From Octopus sinensis (Eukaryota), in NCBI RefSeq assembly GCF_006345805.1, contig NC_043014.1, positions 13,640,001 to 13,704,000 of the forward strand: a DNA stretch of 64,000 nucleotides, read 5' to 3'. The notes below the pieces were generated by a model. It had not been told where the DNA came from, did no database searches, and saw nothing but the letters and a program-made list of their open reading frames with translations. This document shows positions 63,801-64,000 of the stretch, piece by piece. Both the position numbers and the translations under genes were made by a program. Every line of letters begins with the position of its first letter. The first letter of the stretch is position 1.

Positions 63801-64000
63801 TTGTAGTGGTCCTATGTAGTTGAATGATCTCCCTTGCAAGAAAGTGTATAGAGTAACCCCCCTTTACTAAGTTTCTTGAGACATGAGTCATGAGATGTGA
63901 TTCTTAATTATTCAAGAAGCTTCGCGTTTCTCTTGGATGTTTCCAGAATGTCTAGCGTACCAGTTATAAAAACAGCTTGCTAACCCTGCTCTACGCCACA

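Overview
Eukaryotic, AT-rich, microsatellite- and transposon-dense animal DNA. The SINE families and repeat landscape look like an octopus/coleoid cephalopod genome (inference). No prokaryotic features or CRISPR are present, and most long ORFs in the supplied track are microsatellite or repeat artefacts. (1) A spliced gene that the ORF track mostly misses runs on the minus strand. Ten GT-AG exons between 40179 and 1584 join with consistent phases into about 363 uninterrupted codons of a ribonuclease-inhibitor-type 28-aa LRR protein resembling LRRC74A/B. The gene continues beyond the left edge. (2) Its introns and upstream region hold tRNA-derived SINEs, RTE, CR1, R4/Dong-like and Penelope-like retroelement remnants, Tc1/mariner remnants, MITEs and at least six Helitrons, two with Pif1 helicase sequence. 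(3) Four hammerhead-ribozyme-type motifs occur. The only one with an intact catalytic core is antisense to the host gene; the three on the gene's sense strand all carry lesions. (4) The right-hand 10 kb is CpG-retaining and rich in inverted repeats. It contains a 1.44-kb near-perfect palindrome, a MULE-type MITE with a 9-bp TSD, a candidate NRF1-site promoter, and a duplicated and inverted Ty3/Gypsy remnant.
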